Notes: generated by a model from the letters alone, not told the origin. A stretch of DNA of 64,000 nucleotides from Campylobacterales bacterium (GCA_041915365.1 JAYSBP010000012.1:843-64842); one strand, 5' to 3'. Shown: positions 26,690 to 36,819, counted from the stretch's first letter. Numbers and translations are program-made.

Positions 26690-27037
26690 TTATTCAATTT
26701 CCAAACTTAAAAGTAAAAGCTCGTCGCCGCTTACCAGCTTAGTATTGGCTGAACCGCATTTTGGGCACAAAAAATCTGACATTGTCGGGACAAAATCGGC
26801 AGAGCAATCAAAACATTCAGCCTTTAGCGACGTTCTTTGTATTTCCATCATTGCATCCGATGCTATTGTATCTAGCTTAAACGTATCAAATGCCGTTTTT
26901 AACAGTTGTGGCTCAACGGAGCTCATCTCGCCTATTCCAACTACGACTCTATGTACTTTGGTTGCATTGTTTGCAACTGCGTTTTGCTCACACAAGTCAA
27001 GGAGATTTTGAACTATAGAATACTCATGCATTAGCAA
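26690..27037 (-). CDS. hypA: hydrogenase nickel-insertion protein HypA
   Basis: MHEYSIV N-terminus (MHE nickel site) and the zinc site CxxC...CPKC. Confidence 0.85.
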   Translation of the reverse strand: MLMHEYSIVQNLLDLCEQNAVANNATKVHRVVVGIGEMSSVEPQLLKTAFDTFKLDTIASDAMMEIQRTSLKAECFDCSADFVPTMSDFLCPKCGSANTKLVSGDELLLLSLEIE

Positions 27038-28026
27038 ATTCTCGGTAGCAATTCACCACTTGGATACTCCAAGATACGCCTAGTTCCGTAACCGTTTCGC
27101 AAAACTACTCGATTTTTACCATCATCTACAACTTCACCGACAACCGCCGCATTTTTTGTAAACTCTTGCGATTTTAATATATCCAACACCACTTTTTCTT
27201 CACCCCTAAGAGCCATCACAAAAGTCCCCTCGTTGGCAAGGCTAAAAGGCTCAAAGCCAAGAAGCTCACACACACCTGACACTTCCGGCAAAACAGTAAA
27301 AGACTCCTCTATAATGTCCATTGAGATACTAGAGCTTGCACACCATTCGTTGAGCACTGCGGCAACACCACCCCTTGTGGCATCCCTTAACGCAACGATT
27401 TCTGCTTTTGAGGCAAGTAGCTTTTCAACTATAGGCCACATGGAGGCACAATCGCTTTTTAGCGAGCTGGTCAGCTCTATACCTTCTCTCGCCGAAAATA
27501 TAGCCGCACCGTGTTCGCCGATGCTTCTTGAAACTATTATCTTATCTCCGGCTTTGAGGTTTTTGCAGCTTAGGCCGTCAAAAACCACCTCTCCGACGGC
27601 AGACGTATTGATAAATATCTTATCGATGCTACCTTTTGGGGCTATCTTCGTGTCCCCAGTAACGACAAAAGCGCCGTTAACCGCAAGCTCCTTTGCGATT
27701 GAGTCCGCTATTTTCTCTAAGCTTTCAAGCTCAAAGCCCTCTTCGATTATCAGCGACAAAGAGAGATACTTTGGTTTTGCCCCCATCATAGCAAGGTCGT
27801 TACAGCTTCCACAAACGGCTATTTTGCCTATATCTCCGCCGGCAAAAAAGATAGGGCTCACTATAAAGCTATCAGTCGTAAAAGCGCTCTTGCCGTCTAT
27901 TTTGAATACCGCAGCATCTTCACTGGATAGTAAAATATCGTTTTTTAGCCTTGAGAAAAAAACTTCGTTTATTAATTTATTTGATTCGACGCCGCCGCTA
28001 CCGTGCGCCAAAGTGATTTTCGTCAT
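27031..28026 (-). CDS. hypE: hydrogenase maturation protein HypE
   Basis: AIR-synthase-like fold ending in the HypE-specific C-terminus PRIC. Confidence 0.9.
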   Translation of the reverse strand: MTKITLAHGSGGVESNKLINEVFFSRLKNDILLSSEDAAVFKIDGKSAFTTDSFIVSPIFFAGGDIGKIAVCGSCNDLAMMGAKPKYLSLSLIIEEGFELESLEKIADSIAKELAVNGAFVVTGDTKIAPKGSIDKIFINTSAVGEVVFDGLSCKNLKAGDKIIVSRSIGEHGAAIFSAREGIELTSSLKSDCASMWPIVEKLLASKAEIVALRDATRGGVAAVLNEWCASSSISMDIIEESFTVLPEVSGVCELLGFEPFSLANEGTFVMALRGEEKVVLDILKSQEFTKNAAVVGEVVDDGKNRVVLRNGYGTRRILEYPSGELLPRIC

Positions 28027-29150
28027 ATAGATTTTCCGTATTTAAAATATGCCGCACAAGCACCCTCTGAACTAACCATGCAAGAGCCGAGTGGGGAGCT
28101 AGGCGTACACGCTTTTCCAAAGACTTTGCAGTCATATGGTTTTGCTTTGCCTTTTAGCACTTCGCCACATATACAAGCTTTGTGGTCTTCTATTGTCTCG
28201 GTCGGCAGTACATCCGCAAATACTTTATATGCGTCCAGCCCAGTAAACTCATCTTTTATTCTAAGCGAGCTTTTTGGAATAGGCCCTATCCCTCTCCACG
28301 TAAAAAAATCATCGACTTCCATATATTTATTTATTAGCTCTACCGCTTTTGGGTTTGGCTCTATTCCAACGCTTCTCGTATATTCTATCTGCGTTTGGGC
28401 TTTACCTTCTAGCTTTTGGGTTGCGAGCATAGATATTGCCTGCATAATGTCTACCGGCTCAAACCCAGCGGCAACTATCGGCACATGATACTTCTCGCTG
28501 ATAGGTTCATATATTTTTGCCCCAGTGATGACACTTACGTGCGCAGGAGCCAAAAATGCGTTTACTTTCGTATCACTATCGTCCATTATGGCGCACATTG
28601 GCTCTGGAACGGTCACGTGATTAATCGCATAATATATATTTTTTAGCCCTTGTTTTACGCCTCTATCCATTATGGCCGCTGTCATAGGAGTGGTAGTTTC
28701 AAAACCTATCGCAAAATATATGACTTTTTTTGTCGGATTATCAGCAGCAATCTTCAGTATCTCGGTCGGCGAATAGACGAAACGGACATCTGCTCCCTCG
28801 CCACGCACCTGCGAAAGCGACTTTTTGGAGCCTGGAACTCTTATCATATCTCCAAGAGTCACAAGTATAGTATCGCTCATCTGAGCTAGGGCTATTGCGG
28901 CGTCTATTCTCTCTTTTGGCATTATGCACACTGGGCAACCGGGCCCGTGAACAAACTCTATATTGTCAGGCATCATCTGGTTAATACCGTATTTCATTAT
29001 GGTATGAGTGTGTCCACCACAAACCTCCATAATATATAGCTTCCCAGATAGCCTTTTTGCATCTTCGGCAATTTTTTTCTTTAGAGCAAATATCGTATCT
29101 TTGTCTCTAAAGCCATCAAAAAGTATGGAAAAATCTACAGAGCTACTCAC
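28023..29150 (-). CDS. hypD: hydrogenase maturation protein HypD
   Basis: MEVCGGHTH, GPGCPVC and FETT motifs. Confidence 0.9.
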   Translation of the reverse strand: MSSSVDFSILFDGFRDKDTIFALKKKIAEDAKRLSGKLYIMEVCGGHTHTIMKYGINQMMPDNIEFVHGPGCPVCIMPKERIDAAIALAQMSDTILVTLGDMIRVPGSKKSLSQVRGEGADVRFVYSPTEILKIAADNPTKKVIYFAIGFETTTPMTAAIMDRGVKQGLKNIYYAINHVTVPEPMCAIMDDSDTKVNAFLAPAHVSVITGAKIYEPISEKYHVPIVAAGFEPVDIMQAISMLATQKLEGKAQTQIEYTRSVGIEPNPKAVELINKYMEVDDFFTWRGIGPIPKSSLRIKDEFTGLDAYKVFADVLPTETIEDHKACICGEVLKGKAKPYDCKVFGKACTPSSPLGSCMVSSEGACAAYFKYGKSI

Positions 29151-29400
29151 CTATCGCCTCTCGTCTCTCTTCTTCATCCATCTGCGCTATTATCTCTTTA
29201 AAAGTCTCTATGCTAAGAAGTGCACTCTCTTCATCTATCTTGTTTATCGCATATCCGATGTGTATTAAGACATAATCGCCGATATTTGGCGTCTCCGGCA
29301 TCAAGTCCAGACTAACGACCCTCTCAACGCCCAATGTATCGACGGTAGCCATATTGTCTTCATTTAGCGAAACTACTTTTGAAGGAATTGACAAACACAT
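29143..29400 (-). CDS. hypC: hydrogenase maturation protein HypC
   Basis: The canonical N-terminus MCLSIPSKV starts at 29400, directly after the hypB stop. The longer ORF to 29445 overlaps hypB. Confidence 0.85.
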   Translation of the reverse strand: MCLSIPSKVVSLNEDNMATVDTLGVERVVSLDLMPETPNIGDYVLIHIGYAINKIDEESALLSIETFKEIIAQMDEEERREAIGE

Positions 29401-29402
29401 AT

Positions 29403-30215
29403 TTAGCCCCTCAGCTCTTTTTTCATTTTTAGATAACTTATCCATTTTTGCACGGACGCTTCGTCTTTTGTAGAGACCTCCAAAATATCGGCTTTTGGAT
29501 TTAGCCTTCTCGCATCCTCTTTTGCCTCTTTCATATCAAAGTCAAAATAAGGAAGTAAATCGCACTTTGTAAAGACTATAAGGTCAGCGGCACGGAACAT
29601 CACTGGATATTTTTGTATTTTATCCGCACCCTCGGGGATAGACAAAAGTACCACGTTGATATGGGCCCCAAGGTCGTAGCTGGCAGGACATACGAGATTT
29701 CCGACATTTTCTATAAACACAATATCTGCATCATTAATAGGAAGCTCGTGAAGGGCATGATGTACCATATGAGCGTCAAGATGGCAAGCCGTTCCAGTTG
29801 TTATTTGGTATGCCGCAGCGCCTTTGGCTTTTATCCTATCTGCATCTTTGTTTGTCTCAAGGTCACCCTCTATTACCGCAATCTTAAGAGAGCCCTCTTC
29901 TATCGTTTTTTCAAGTAGACTAGTCTTACCACTTCCCGGAGAACTCATAAGATTTACCGCTAGTACGCCCGCTTCATTAAAATGCTCTCTATTTCCAGCC
30001 GCTTCTTTATCGTTTTCATCAAGTATTTTTGTAATTACGGCTATGGTTTTTTTGTCACTTAACTGCGGATTTTGATGGAGATGATCGTGATGATGATGCT
30101 CATGTCCGTGTTCTGAGCCATGGTGATGGTCGTGCGAATGGGTATGTCCATCTTCATGAGTGTGTCCGTGAGAGTGCATACCTCCCGCTATCGTACAGCC
30201 GCAATCTTTGCACAT
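29403..30215 (-). CDS. hypB: hydrogenase nickel-incorporation GTPase HypB with a His-rich N-terminus
   Basis: CxxCGC N-terminal motif, a His-rich stretch (HSHGHTHEDGHTHSHDHHHGSEHGHEHHHHDH) and the P-loop SSPGSGKT. Confidence 0.9.
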   Translation of the reverse strand: MCKDCGCTIAGGMHSHGHTHEDGHTHSHDHHHGSEHGHEHHHHDHLHQNPQLSDKKTIAVITKILDENDKEAAGNREHFNEAGVLAVNLMSSPGSGKTSLLEKTIEEGSLKIAVIEGDLETNKDADRIKAKGAAAYQITTGTACHLDAHMVHHALHELPINDADIVFIENVGNLVCPASYDLGAHINVVLLSIPEGADKIQKYPVMFRAADLIVFTKCDLLPYFDFDMKEAKEDARRLNPKADILEVSTKDEASVQKWISYLKMKKELRG

Positions 30216-30240
30216 TGTAAATTCCTTATTTTATTTAATT

Positions 30241-31008
30241 CTAGTTCCAGTCATGCGCATGCAAATGCTCATGAAGTTCGCCGTCATGGGAGTGTTTGTG
30301 CGAATGCAAAAGCCCGGCCTCGAAAAGCAGCTTTTTGTCATTCAAAAACTCATCAGTTTCACCGTCAAACACTATACGTCCATCCTTCATCACTATCGAC
30401 CGTTCCCCTAGTTCTGAGGCGAGAGATAGATTGTGTGTTGCAGTGAGACATATAGCATCCAAAGCCTCCAGCATCTCCACGAGTCTAGCCGTCCAAAAAG
30501 GGTCAAGTGCGGATGTCGGCTCATCAAGGAGCAACACCTCTGGCGAGAGCGCAAACAAACAAGCTATCGCCGACCTTTGCTTCTCACCACCGCTTAGATT
30601 AAACGCAAATTCATCCAATCTATCTTCAAGACCAAATGTGCTCGCAGCATGAAGAACCCTGCTTTGCACATCCGTCATCCCAAATCTTGTCGGGGAAAAC
30701 GCTATATCTTCATATAAGTTTTTGCAAAAAAACATCGCCTCATAGTTTTGAAAAAGCAGCGAACATTTTTGCCTAAAATCTTTTTCAAACTGCTTAGTAA
30801 AACTTTTTTTTTCTATTATTTTGTCATTAAAATAAAAATTTCCGCTGTTTGCAAAATACAATCCGTTCAAAATCTTCAAAAGAGTTGTTTTTCCACTTCC
30901 ATTAAGCCCCAAAAGGACCACCTTTTCACCCTCTTTTATCTCAAACGAGATGTTATCGATAATTTTTTTTCCATCTCGTTCAAAAACTAGATTTTCTACT
31001 TTAAGCAC
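30241..31008 (-). CDS. ECF-type Ni/Co transporter ATPase (CbiO/NikO-like) with a His-rich C-terminal tail
   Basis: Walker A GLNGSGKTT, signature LSGGEKQR, Walker [13 protein letters not shown]-terminus HSHKHSHDGELHEHLHAHDWN. Confidence 0.8.
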   Translation of the reverse strand: MLKVENLVFERDGKKIIDNISFEIKEGEKVVLLGLNGSGKTTLLKILNGLYFANSGNFYFNDKIIEKKSFTKQFEKDFRQKCSLLFQNYEAMFFCKNLYEDIAFSPTRFGMTDVQSRVLHAASTFGLEDRLDEFAFNLSGGEKQRSAIACLFALSPEVLLLDEPTSALDPFWTARLVEMLEALDAICLTATHNLSLASELGERSIVMKDGRIVFDGETDEFLNDKKLLFEAGLLHSHKHSHDGELHEHLHAHDWN

Positions 31009-31558
31009 TTTGCCCCCTAGACCTCAGCGCCTCTGCGCTAGCTCGAAATCCATCCAAGCTTTTTAATAGCAAAGCGGTAACTATGATAGACAGGAGCTTT
31101 ATTGATTCTTGCATACTTGAGATACGAAGCCCCCTACTTCTAGCCGCTTCATTAAAGTCATTCATCTCTTTTTTGAGGGTTTCTATCTTTGAAAACAACA
31201 TAACAAAAAATATCGAAAGCTCATTTTTAAATGAAAAGATATTGACAACACCGATTCTATCAACAAGCGAAAGCGTCAAAAAAACGCTTGCAAGAGAGCG
31301 TAAAAATAGAGTAGCAATATGCCCAAAGTCAAAAATACCGCCAAGCAAAAACGAACTTGCGGCAGTCGCCACAAATGTCAAACCGCTAAAAAAAGCGACC
31401 GCAAAAAAAGAACGCAAAAATATAACCTTTCTACGATTTGCCTTTGTTATAAAAAAAGAGGCGACGAGCATCGCCGTAAAAAGAGAAAAACTATCACTCA
31501 CGCTCAAAATAAGTAGCGTTGCAACATAAACCGCCAATAAAAGCTTATTTTTGTTCAC
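31001..31558 (-). CDS. ECF transporter T component (CbiQ/NikQ-like)
   Basis: Polytopic 185-aa protein with the two A-R-x-x-R-G motifs (AARSRGL, ALRSRGQ) typical of ECF T subunits. Confidence 0.7.
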   Translation of the reverse strand: MNKNKLLLAVYVATLLILSVSDSFSLFTAMLVASFFITKANRRKVIFLRSFFAVAFFSGLTFVATAASSFLLGGIFDFGHIATLFLRSLASVFLTLSLVDRIGVVNIFSFKNELSIFFVMLFSKIETLKKEMNDFNEAARSRGLRISSMQESIKLLSIIVTALLLKSLDGFRASAEALRSRGQSA

Positions 31559-31841
31559 GAGCCATCTTTTTTAACGCATAAAAAATAGACATAACAAGTA
31601 AGGCTCCGAGCGTGGCGCTAAATATATATCCGCCGACATCGCCTAGTGCGGCCAGAGAATAATCGCCAAAGGGGGCGTGAAATGAATGGGCATTTTTTAT
31701 CCCTTGCGGAACAAAGCCCAACATTGCCATCATCTCTTCTTCGCCCCATTCGCCCCAAGCCGGATTTTGCGTGATTAGTCCAATCGGGGTTAGGACTATG
31801 AGCACAGCCAATGCAAGCAGAAGCTTTTTTGTTTGACTCAT
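31545..31841 (-). CDS. small membrane component of the Ni/Co ECF transporter (CbiN/NikN or PDGLE-type)
   Basis: 98 aa with TM helices at both ends. It lies between the cbiM-like and cbiQ-like genes and overlaps both. Confidence 0.5.
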   Translation of the reverse strand: MSQTKKLLLALAVLIVLTPIGLITQNPAWGEWGEEEMMAMLGFVPQGIKNAHSFHAPFGDYSLAALGDVGGYIFSATLGALLVMSIFYALKKMAREQK

Positions 31842-32503
31842 TTTTGCACCTCAGGCAAAGCTATGTTTACCCTTTTTAAAAGCGTCAACGCCCCAGCCGT
31901 TATCACACCCTCCAATATGCCAAAAAACAAAGCGTGAGAGCCAACAAGCGCAGGAACCGTAATCTCTAGTCCAAGCGGAAAGAACATCGCCTTGCCTCCC
32001 TCATCAACAAAAAATATCGGCTGGATACCAAGCAAAACCGCAACCGCAACAGATGAAGCCAATGCGGCTACATATCCGGACGCAAACCAAACAACTTTAT
32101 CATTTGCAAACTTTGAGAGTATCTTTGACGTAAAATGGGCAAAAAAAGCTCCGACAAAGCCCATACAAATAGCATTTGCACCAAAAGCTAGCACCCCACC
32201 GTCTCCAAATAAGACAGCCTGTAACAGCAATACGACGCTAATCGAAAACAACGCAATCCACGGTCCAAAAAGGAGCGTCAGTATAGCAACGCCGGTTGCG
32301 TGACCGCTAGTTCCTCCAGGTATCGGCACGTTAAACATCATAATTACAAAACTAAAAGCGGAGATAGAGGCCAAAAAGGGGGTGGCGGCATCATCACTCA
32401 TAAAGCTTGCGGTCTTTTTGAAAGCGTAATACAGCAATCCAGCCTCTATGGCAAGCAGCGGAACGTATGTCGCCGGCGCCAAAAAACCGTCAGGAATGTG
32501 CAT
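31838..32503 (-). CDS. ECF transporter substrate-capture component (CbiM/NikM-like)
   Basis: The diagnostic N-terminus MHIPDGFL provides the metal ligands. 221 aa polytopic protein. Confidence 0.8.
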   Translation of the reverse strand: MHIPDGFLAPATYVPLLAIEAGLLYYAFKKTASFMSDDAATPFLASISAFSFVIMMFNVPIPGGTSGHATGVAILTLLFGPWIALFSISVVLLLQAVLFGDGGVLAFGANAICMGFVGAFFAHFTSKILSKFANDKVVWFASGYVAALASSVAVAVLLGIQPIFFVDEGGKAMFFPLGLEITVPALVGSHALFFGILEGVITAGALTLLKRVNIALPEVQK

Positions 32504-32551
32504 ACTTTTTCCTTTTTAGTAATATTTGGTCAAAATTTTATTTACTTTTAC

Positions 32552-34795
32552 CTAAAGTTCTTCTTGCAAAATGTGACCGTTCAAATACAAAGATGCAAAA
32601 GCGGCCTGCCCTAAGCAGATAGATGAGTCATTTGGGCTTAACTCTTCATGGAAAAAAACAGCCCCGTCACCCAATTTAGCCCTTATTCTAGCTACCAACG
32701 TAGCATTTTGGAATACCCCGCCGGAGCAAAAAATAGGCAACTGATGTTTTTTGGATAGCTCTTTGACGTAATCGGTTAGCGTATTAATAAATTTGCTAGC
32801 AACGATAGACGGGCTTTTGGTGTTTACAACCTCTCTCAAAATACTTCCAATGTCGGATAAGCCGTCAAAACTATCCTCTATCGATACATCATAGAGGCTC
32901 TCAATCATAAGTCCGCTCTCGCCCTCATAGCAATCCTCTTTTACAATACCGCATAAGGCAGCTACGGCATCAAAAAGTCTCCCCATTGACGTACTTTTGA
33001 CACAATTTGTTTTTTTTGCGAAGGCATCAAATAAAATACAAATCTCATCATCAAAAAAGCCTAATTTTTTGGCGACATCATAAGACTCTTTTTCGTTCAA
33101 AAAAGATAGAGCTATAGACAAAGCGCTTTTGCGTGGCTGTTTGGCCATACCCTCTCCGCCAAGAAGCCAAAACTCAGGCAAGTGATATAGCCTTTGCAGT
33201 TCGTAGCCGCTTTTTTTGAAGACCTCGCCACCCCAAATATTACCGTCGTCACCGACGCCTGTGCCATCCCATACGACACCTATCGCATCAGAATGCAACA
33301 TCTGCTTTTCAAATAATAATGCCAAAAAGTGAGCTTTGTGGTGCTGCAACAAAAGCTTTTTTGCCTCAAACGTTTCCGCAAAGCTAGACGAAGCGTAACG
33401 GCTATTTTTATCACGCACGACAACATCAACAGAGAGATTCCATAGCGACTTCATATGCAAAACACTACTCTCGTAATACTCCTGCGCATCAAGCGAACCC
33501 AAGTCGCCTATATGTGAAGAGATAGCGATATTGTCGTCAAAACAAAATGCAAAGCAATTTTTTTGGTGTGCCCCGGCACAAAACACTTGATTTTTGAAAC
33601 TCTCGGCTTTGAAAAAATAAGGGGCATATCCACGTGAGTTTCTAAGTTTTATCATCATATCGCCAGCCGCCCTAACAACCGAGTCGTCGCACTCCTGCAC
33701 AATAACTCTATCATAATATAAAGCGTAGTCAAAAGCCTCTCCGAGTCTGGCAAAAATAGCTTTTTCACAAGTCTCTATGGGCTCATCGGAAATATTTGCG
33801 CTTGTAGCCACAAGGGCAAAATCAATCATAGAAAAGAGTATTTCATAAATGCCGTTATATGGTAAAAATACGCCAACAAAGCCGCTTTCGTGCGATATAT
33901 GACTACTTAACGCATAAGATGTGGATTTTTTGACTATTGTTATCGGTCTTTGCAGGGAGCTTATCATCTCCTCTTCATAGTCTGATATTTCACACTGTTT
34001 TTTTAGCGCCTCCATAGAGCTGAACATTACGGCTAGTGGCTTTTTGGCTCTTCTTTTTTTCTCTCTTAGACGAAGTACTGCTTCATCTCTATCAGCCCTA
34101 CATATAAGATGAAAACCACCCACACCCTTGATGGCGACTATCTTGCCTTCACGCAAGGCTTGCACCACGCAAGAGAGTATCTGTCCATCTTTTGAGCTAT
34201 CCGTCACAGAGCCGAGAGCATCCGCAAAATACATCGTCGGACCGCAATTTGGGCACGAAATCGGTTCTGCGTGAAAACGTCTATTTGAAATATTTTTGTA
34301 TTCACTTTTGCACTCATCGCACATCTCAAAAAAACGCATTGTCGTGCGGCTTCTATCATAAGGCAAGGACTGTATGACGGTAAATCTAGGGCCGCAGTTT
34401 TGGCAATTTATAAGTGGATACAAAAATCTTCTATTGGCGGGGGCAAATAGCTCTTCTTTACATTCGTCGCAGATGGTCAAGTCTGGCGGGAAAAACGCAC
34501 TTTGCGCTAACCCCTGCTCACTCTCTTCAACACAAAACCCTTCAAAATTTTGGTACGGAGTCTCTTTGATTGTTATTTTGTCTATTTTTGCAAGCACGGG
34601 ATGATTTGTTTTTAGCTCTTGGACGAAGTGGCTTATCGCCGTTTCATCTGCGCAGAGCTTTATTAGCGCACCGGAGGGGGAGTTTTTGACGCTTCCATTG
34701 AGGGCGTATTTCGAGGCCAAACGAGCAACAAAAGGTCGAAAACCGACCCCTTGCACTACCCCGTTTACTTCAATTTCTACACATCTATCTTGCAC
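32552..34795 (-). CDS. hypF: carbamoyltransferase HypF
   Basis: Acylphosphatase N-terminus (VNGVVQGVGFRPFV), two CxxC-x18-CxxC zinc fingers, and YrdC-like and Kae1-like regions. Confidence 0.9.
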   Translation of the reverse strand: MQDRCVEIEVNGVVQGVGFRPFVARLASKYALNGSVKNSPSGALIKLCADETAISHFVQELKTNHPVLAKIDKITIKETPYQNFEGFCVEESEQGLAQSAFFPPDLTICDECKEELFAPANRRFLYPLINCQNCGPRFTVIQSLPYDRSRTTMRFFEMCDECKSEYKNISNRRFHAEPISCPNCGPTMYFADALGSVTDSSKDGQILSCVVQALREGKIVAIKGVGGFHLICRADRDEAVLRLREKKRRAKKPLAVMFSSMEALKKQCEISDYEEEMISSLQRPITIVKKSTSYALSSHISHESGFVGVFLPYNGIYEILFSMIDFALVATSANISDEPIETCEKAIFARLGEAFDYALYYDRVIVQECDDSVVRAAGDMMIKLRNSRGYAPYFFKAESFKNQVFCAGAHQKNCFAFCFDDNIAISSHIGDLGSLDAQEYYESSVLHMKSLWNLSVDVVVRDKNSRYASSSFAETFEAKKLLLQHHKAHFLALLFEKQMLHSDAIGVVWDGTGVGDDGNIWGGEVFKKSGYELQRLYHLPEFWLLGGEGMAKQPRKSALSIALSFLNEKESYDVAKKLGFFDDEICILFDAFAKKTNCVKSTSMGRLFDAVAALCGIVKEDCYEGESGLMIESLYDVSIEDSFDGLSDIGSILREVVNTKSPSIVASKFINTLTDYVKELSKKHQLPIFCSGGVFQNATLVARIRAKLGDGAVFFHEELSPNDSSICLGQAAFASLYLNGHILQEEL

Positions 34796-36287
34796 TCTCG
34801 TACAAGCCTTTTTGTTTTGGAGAAAGCGAATTTAGAGCCATATCTATATCAATATTTGTTATTTTTGATTTTAGCTTTGAGACAAATACTTTTGATAGCA
34901 AAAACTCGCCGCCGACGTATAGCTTGCCAATTTCAAAGCTCTTTTTTACCTCGTCTTGCGATATTATCAAGAAGTCAACCGCAGATTCAAAGAAAGAATA
35001 GGCGAGCACTTCGTCTTCGACACCTGCAATTTTGTAGCTTAGCATGGACATAAAGCATTTTTTTAGATTTAGGGATACATCTCCGTTCTCATCTCTTGAA
35101 AGCACAAAATCAAGCTTGACACCACCCGCAATATCGGCTTTATTTGCCAATAAGGCCATTGCCTCAAAGCCACCGTTTAGTCCAAGTACCGCCGCAGTAG
35201 CCGCAAAAAAGGCTTCTACTTGCGGTAAATTTGCAATCTCTAGTGAGTTAATAGCGGCAAATCTCTCCGCAAAGCTAGATTTAAAGTTTGTGCAAAGTTT
35301 TTCGCCAAATTCAAAATTAGCGCTTATCTCACTCCATATACCGTTTCTGAAAAAATCGGACGATAGTATTTTTTTGGAGCCAACATTATCTTTTATAGCA
35401 TAAACGCCAAAACTATCAGATACATTGAGGTCAAAAAACAATGCGCCCGCATCTTGAATTTTATCGGCTGCAAAATCTTCGTTCAGAAAAAATCTATCGC
35501 TACCGTTAAAGCTAACCACGCCTCTACTTGGCGCATCCATCAACGCTCCGCTATATTCTATGCGGACATCCGCTACTTCATCTTTGTGAATAAAAAGCGC
35601 ATCAATTCCCATATCAGTTGCCGCCTTTGAGAGTAGCAATGTCACGGCATCATTGGCAAAGCATACCAGCTTTGACACATCGTTTAGAAGCTTTAGAATA
35701 AACGGCCGCTCCATGGCGCTAAGACTCAAAGCCTCATCGACAGATATATCAAAGCCTAGAAGATTTCGCTCTGTTAGATTTGTTATCATAAAAGCGTCAT
35801 TTGTCTTGACGGATGAAACGACGAAGTTGTCTCTTTCATTTTTGATACCAACGTTAATCCCATCTTTGAGCTTGGATACAACAAGACCCATCATCTCTTT
35901 TACCACATCTTTGCCGCAAACAGGATTACCGTCTATGGCGAGATTGATATTGCCCAAATCGCAGCACTTTTCACTTTTATCGTCTATCAAATCACGAGCA
36001 TCATACGGATACATCGCAAGATATGAAGCCTCTTTTAGCGGTTGGCGATTTGGTGGCATCATGGCAGCTTCTTCTACGCTTTGGGCAGACAAATGCAAAG
36101 ACAAAGGAAGTTCTTCCCCAAGAAGAACAAAGGCCGATTTTATCTCATCCTCCGTACCTTCAAGGTATATTATTATCTCGTCATCCGTTTTTATAACGTT
36201 TGCATTTTTATTTTTTAGTATTTGGCTTGCTAGATACGCATAGTCATCGCTAGCATCACTAAAACCGAGTCTATATTTGATTACCAA
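34785..36287 (-). CDS. hydrogenase-cluster protein of unknown function (HydE-like position)
   Basis: 500 aa that overlaps both hydD and hypF. No motif recognised. It holds the position of hydE in epsilonproteobacterial hydABCDE clusters. Confidence 0.5.
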   Translation of the reverse strand: MVIKYRLGFSDASDDYAYLASQILKNKNANVIKTDDEIIIYLEGTEDEIKSAFVLLGEELPLSLHLSAQSVEEAAMMPPNRQPLKEASYLAMYPYDARDLIDDKSEKCCDLGNINLAIDGNPVCGKDVVKEMMGLVVSKLKDGINVGIKNERDNFVVSSVKTNDAFMITNLTERNLLGFDISVDEALSLSAMERPFILKLLNDVSKLVCFANDAVTLLLSKAATDMGIDALFIHKDEVADVRIEYSGALMDAPSRGVVSFNGSDRFFLNEDFAADKIQDAGALFFDLNVSDSFGVYAIKDNVGSKKILSSDFFRNGIWSEISANFEFGEKLCTNFKSSFAERFAAINSLEIANLPQVEAFFAATAAVLGLNGGFEAMALLANKADIAGGVKLDFVLSRDENGDVSLNLKKCFMSMLSYKIAGVEDEVLAYSFFESAVDFLIISQDEVKKSFEIGKLYVGGEFLLSKVFVSKLKSKITNIDIDMALNSLSPKQKGLYESAR

Positions 36288-36819
36288 ATGAATTTTCCTT
36301 GAAAAAATTGTCTATTATTGATTCTAATTTTATATCGTTTTTCTTTTCAAAAGCAATACCAAGGGATTTTATCTCGTCCAAAACGGTCTGTATATAATGC
36401 CCCATTGACGATATCAACTCGTCTGTCATAGCGTTTTCCACGCTCTCTATGTCTTTTGGAATAATGCCTATTATTACCACATTTGCCATTTTATCAAGCA
36501 TAGAGCAAATCTCTAACATCTCAACGATTTCAACTTCATGTGCGGTTTTGCGGTAGCTACCAAGCCCCAAAAGCTCTTCGGCTGGAAGCCTATACACACT
36601 ACCTGGAGTGTCTTCAATGGATACCGTATCCAAAATGATTACGTTGTCATATTCTTGAAAGAGCGCCATCAGTTTAAAACCGAGTGTTCCGCCGTCTATT
36701 ATTTCGAGGGAGTTGTCGAAAGTGTAGTTGGTATCGAGGTATTTTGCAGAATAGATACCGACCCCTTCATCTTTGAAGAGGACGTTACCTACACCGATTA
36801 GGAGATTTTTTGCGCTCAA
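36271..36819 (-). CDS. hydD: hydrogenase maturation endopeptidase (HyaD/HydD)
   Basis: LLIGVGNVLFKDEGVGIY, IIDGGTLG and a H-containing C-terminal motif typical of HyaD/HybD proteases. Confidence 0.85.
   Translation of the reverse strand: MSAKNLLIGVGNVLFKDEGVGIYSAKYLDTNYTFDNSLEIIDGGTLGFKLMALFQEYDNVIILDTVSIEDTPGSVYRLPAEELLGLGSYRKTAHEVEIVEMLEICSMLDKMANVVIIGIIPKDIESVENAMTDELISSMGHYIQTVLDEIKSLGIAFEKKNDIKLESIIDNFFKENSFGNQI

Noticed and set aside
27233-28030. A 265-aa plus-strand ORF antisense to hypE. Similar long antisense ORFs lie at 35653-36243, 62626-63123, 58946-59428, 9207-9677, 20289-20828, 1731-2117 and 31083-31529.
   Set aside because: Each lies entirely inside a gene with strong family motifs on the other strand. 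Their translations are Ser/Leu/Pro-rich and low-complexity, with no motifs and no RBS. These are typical shadow ORFs.
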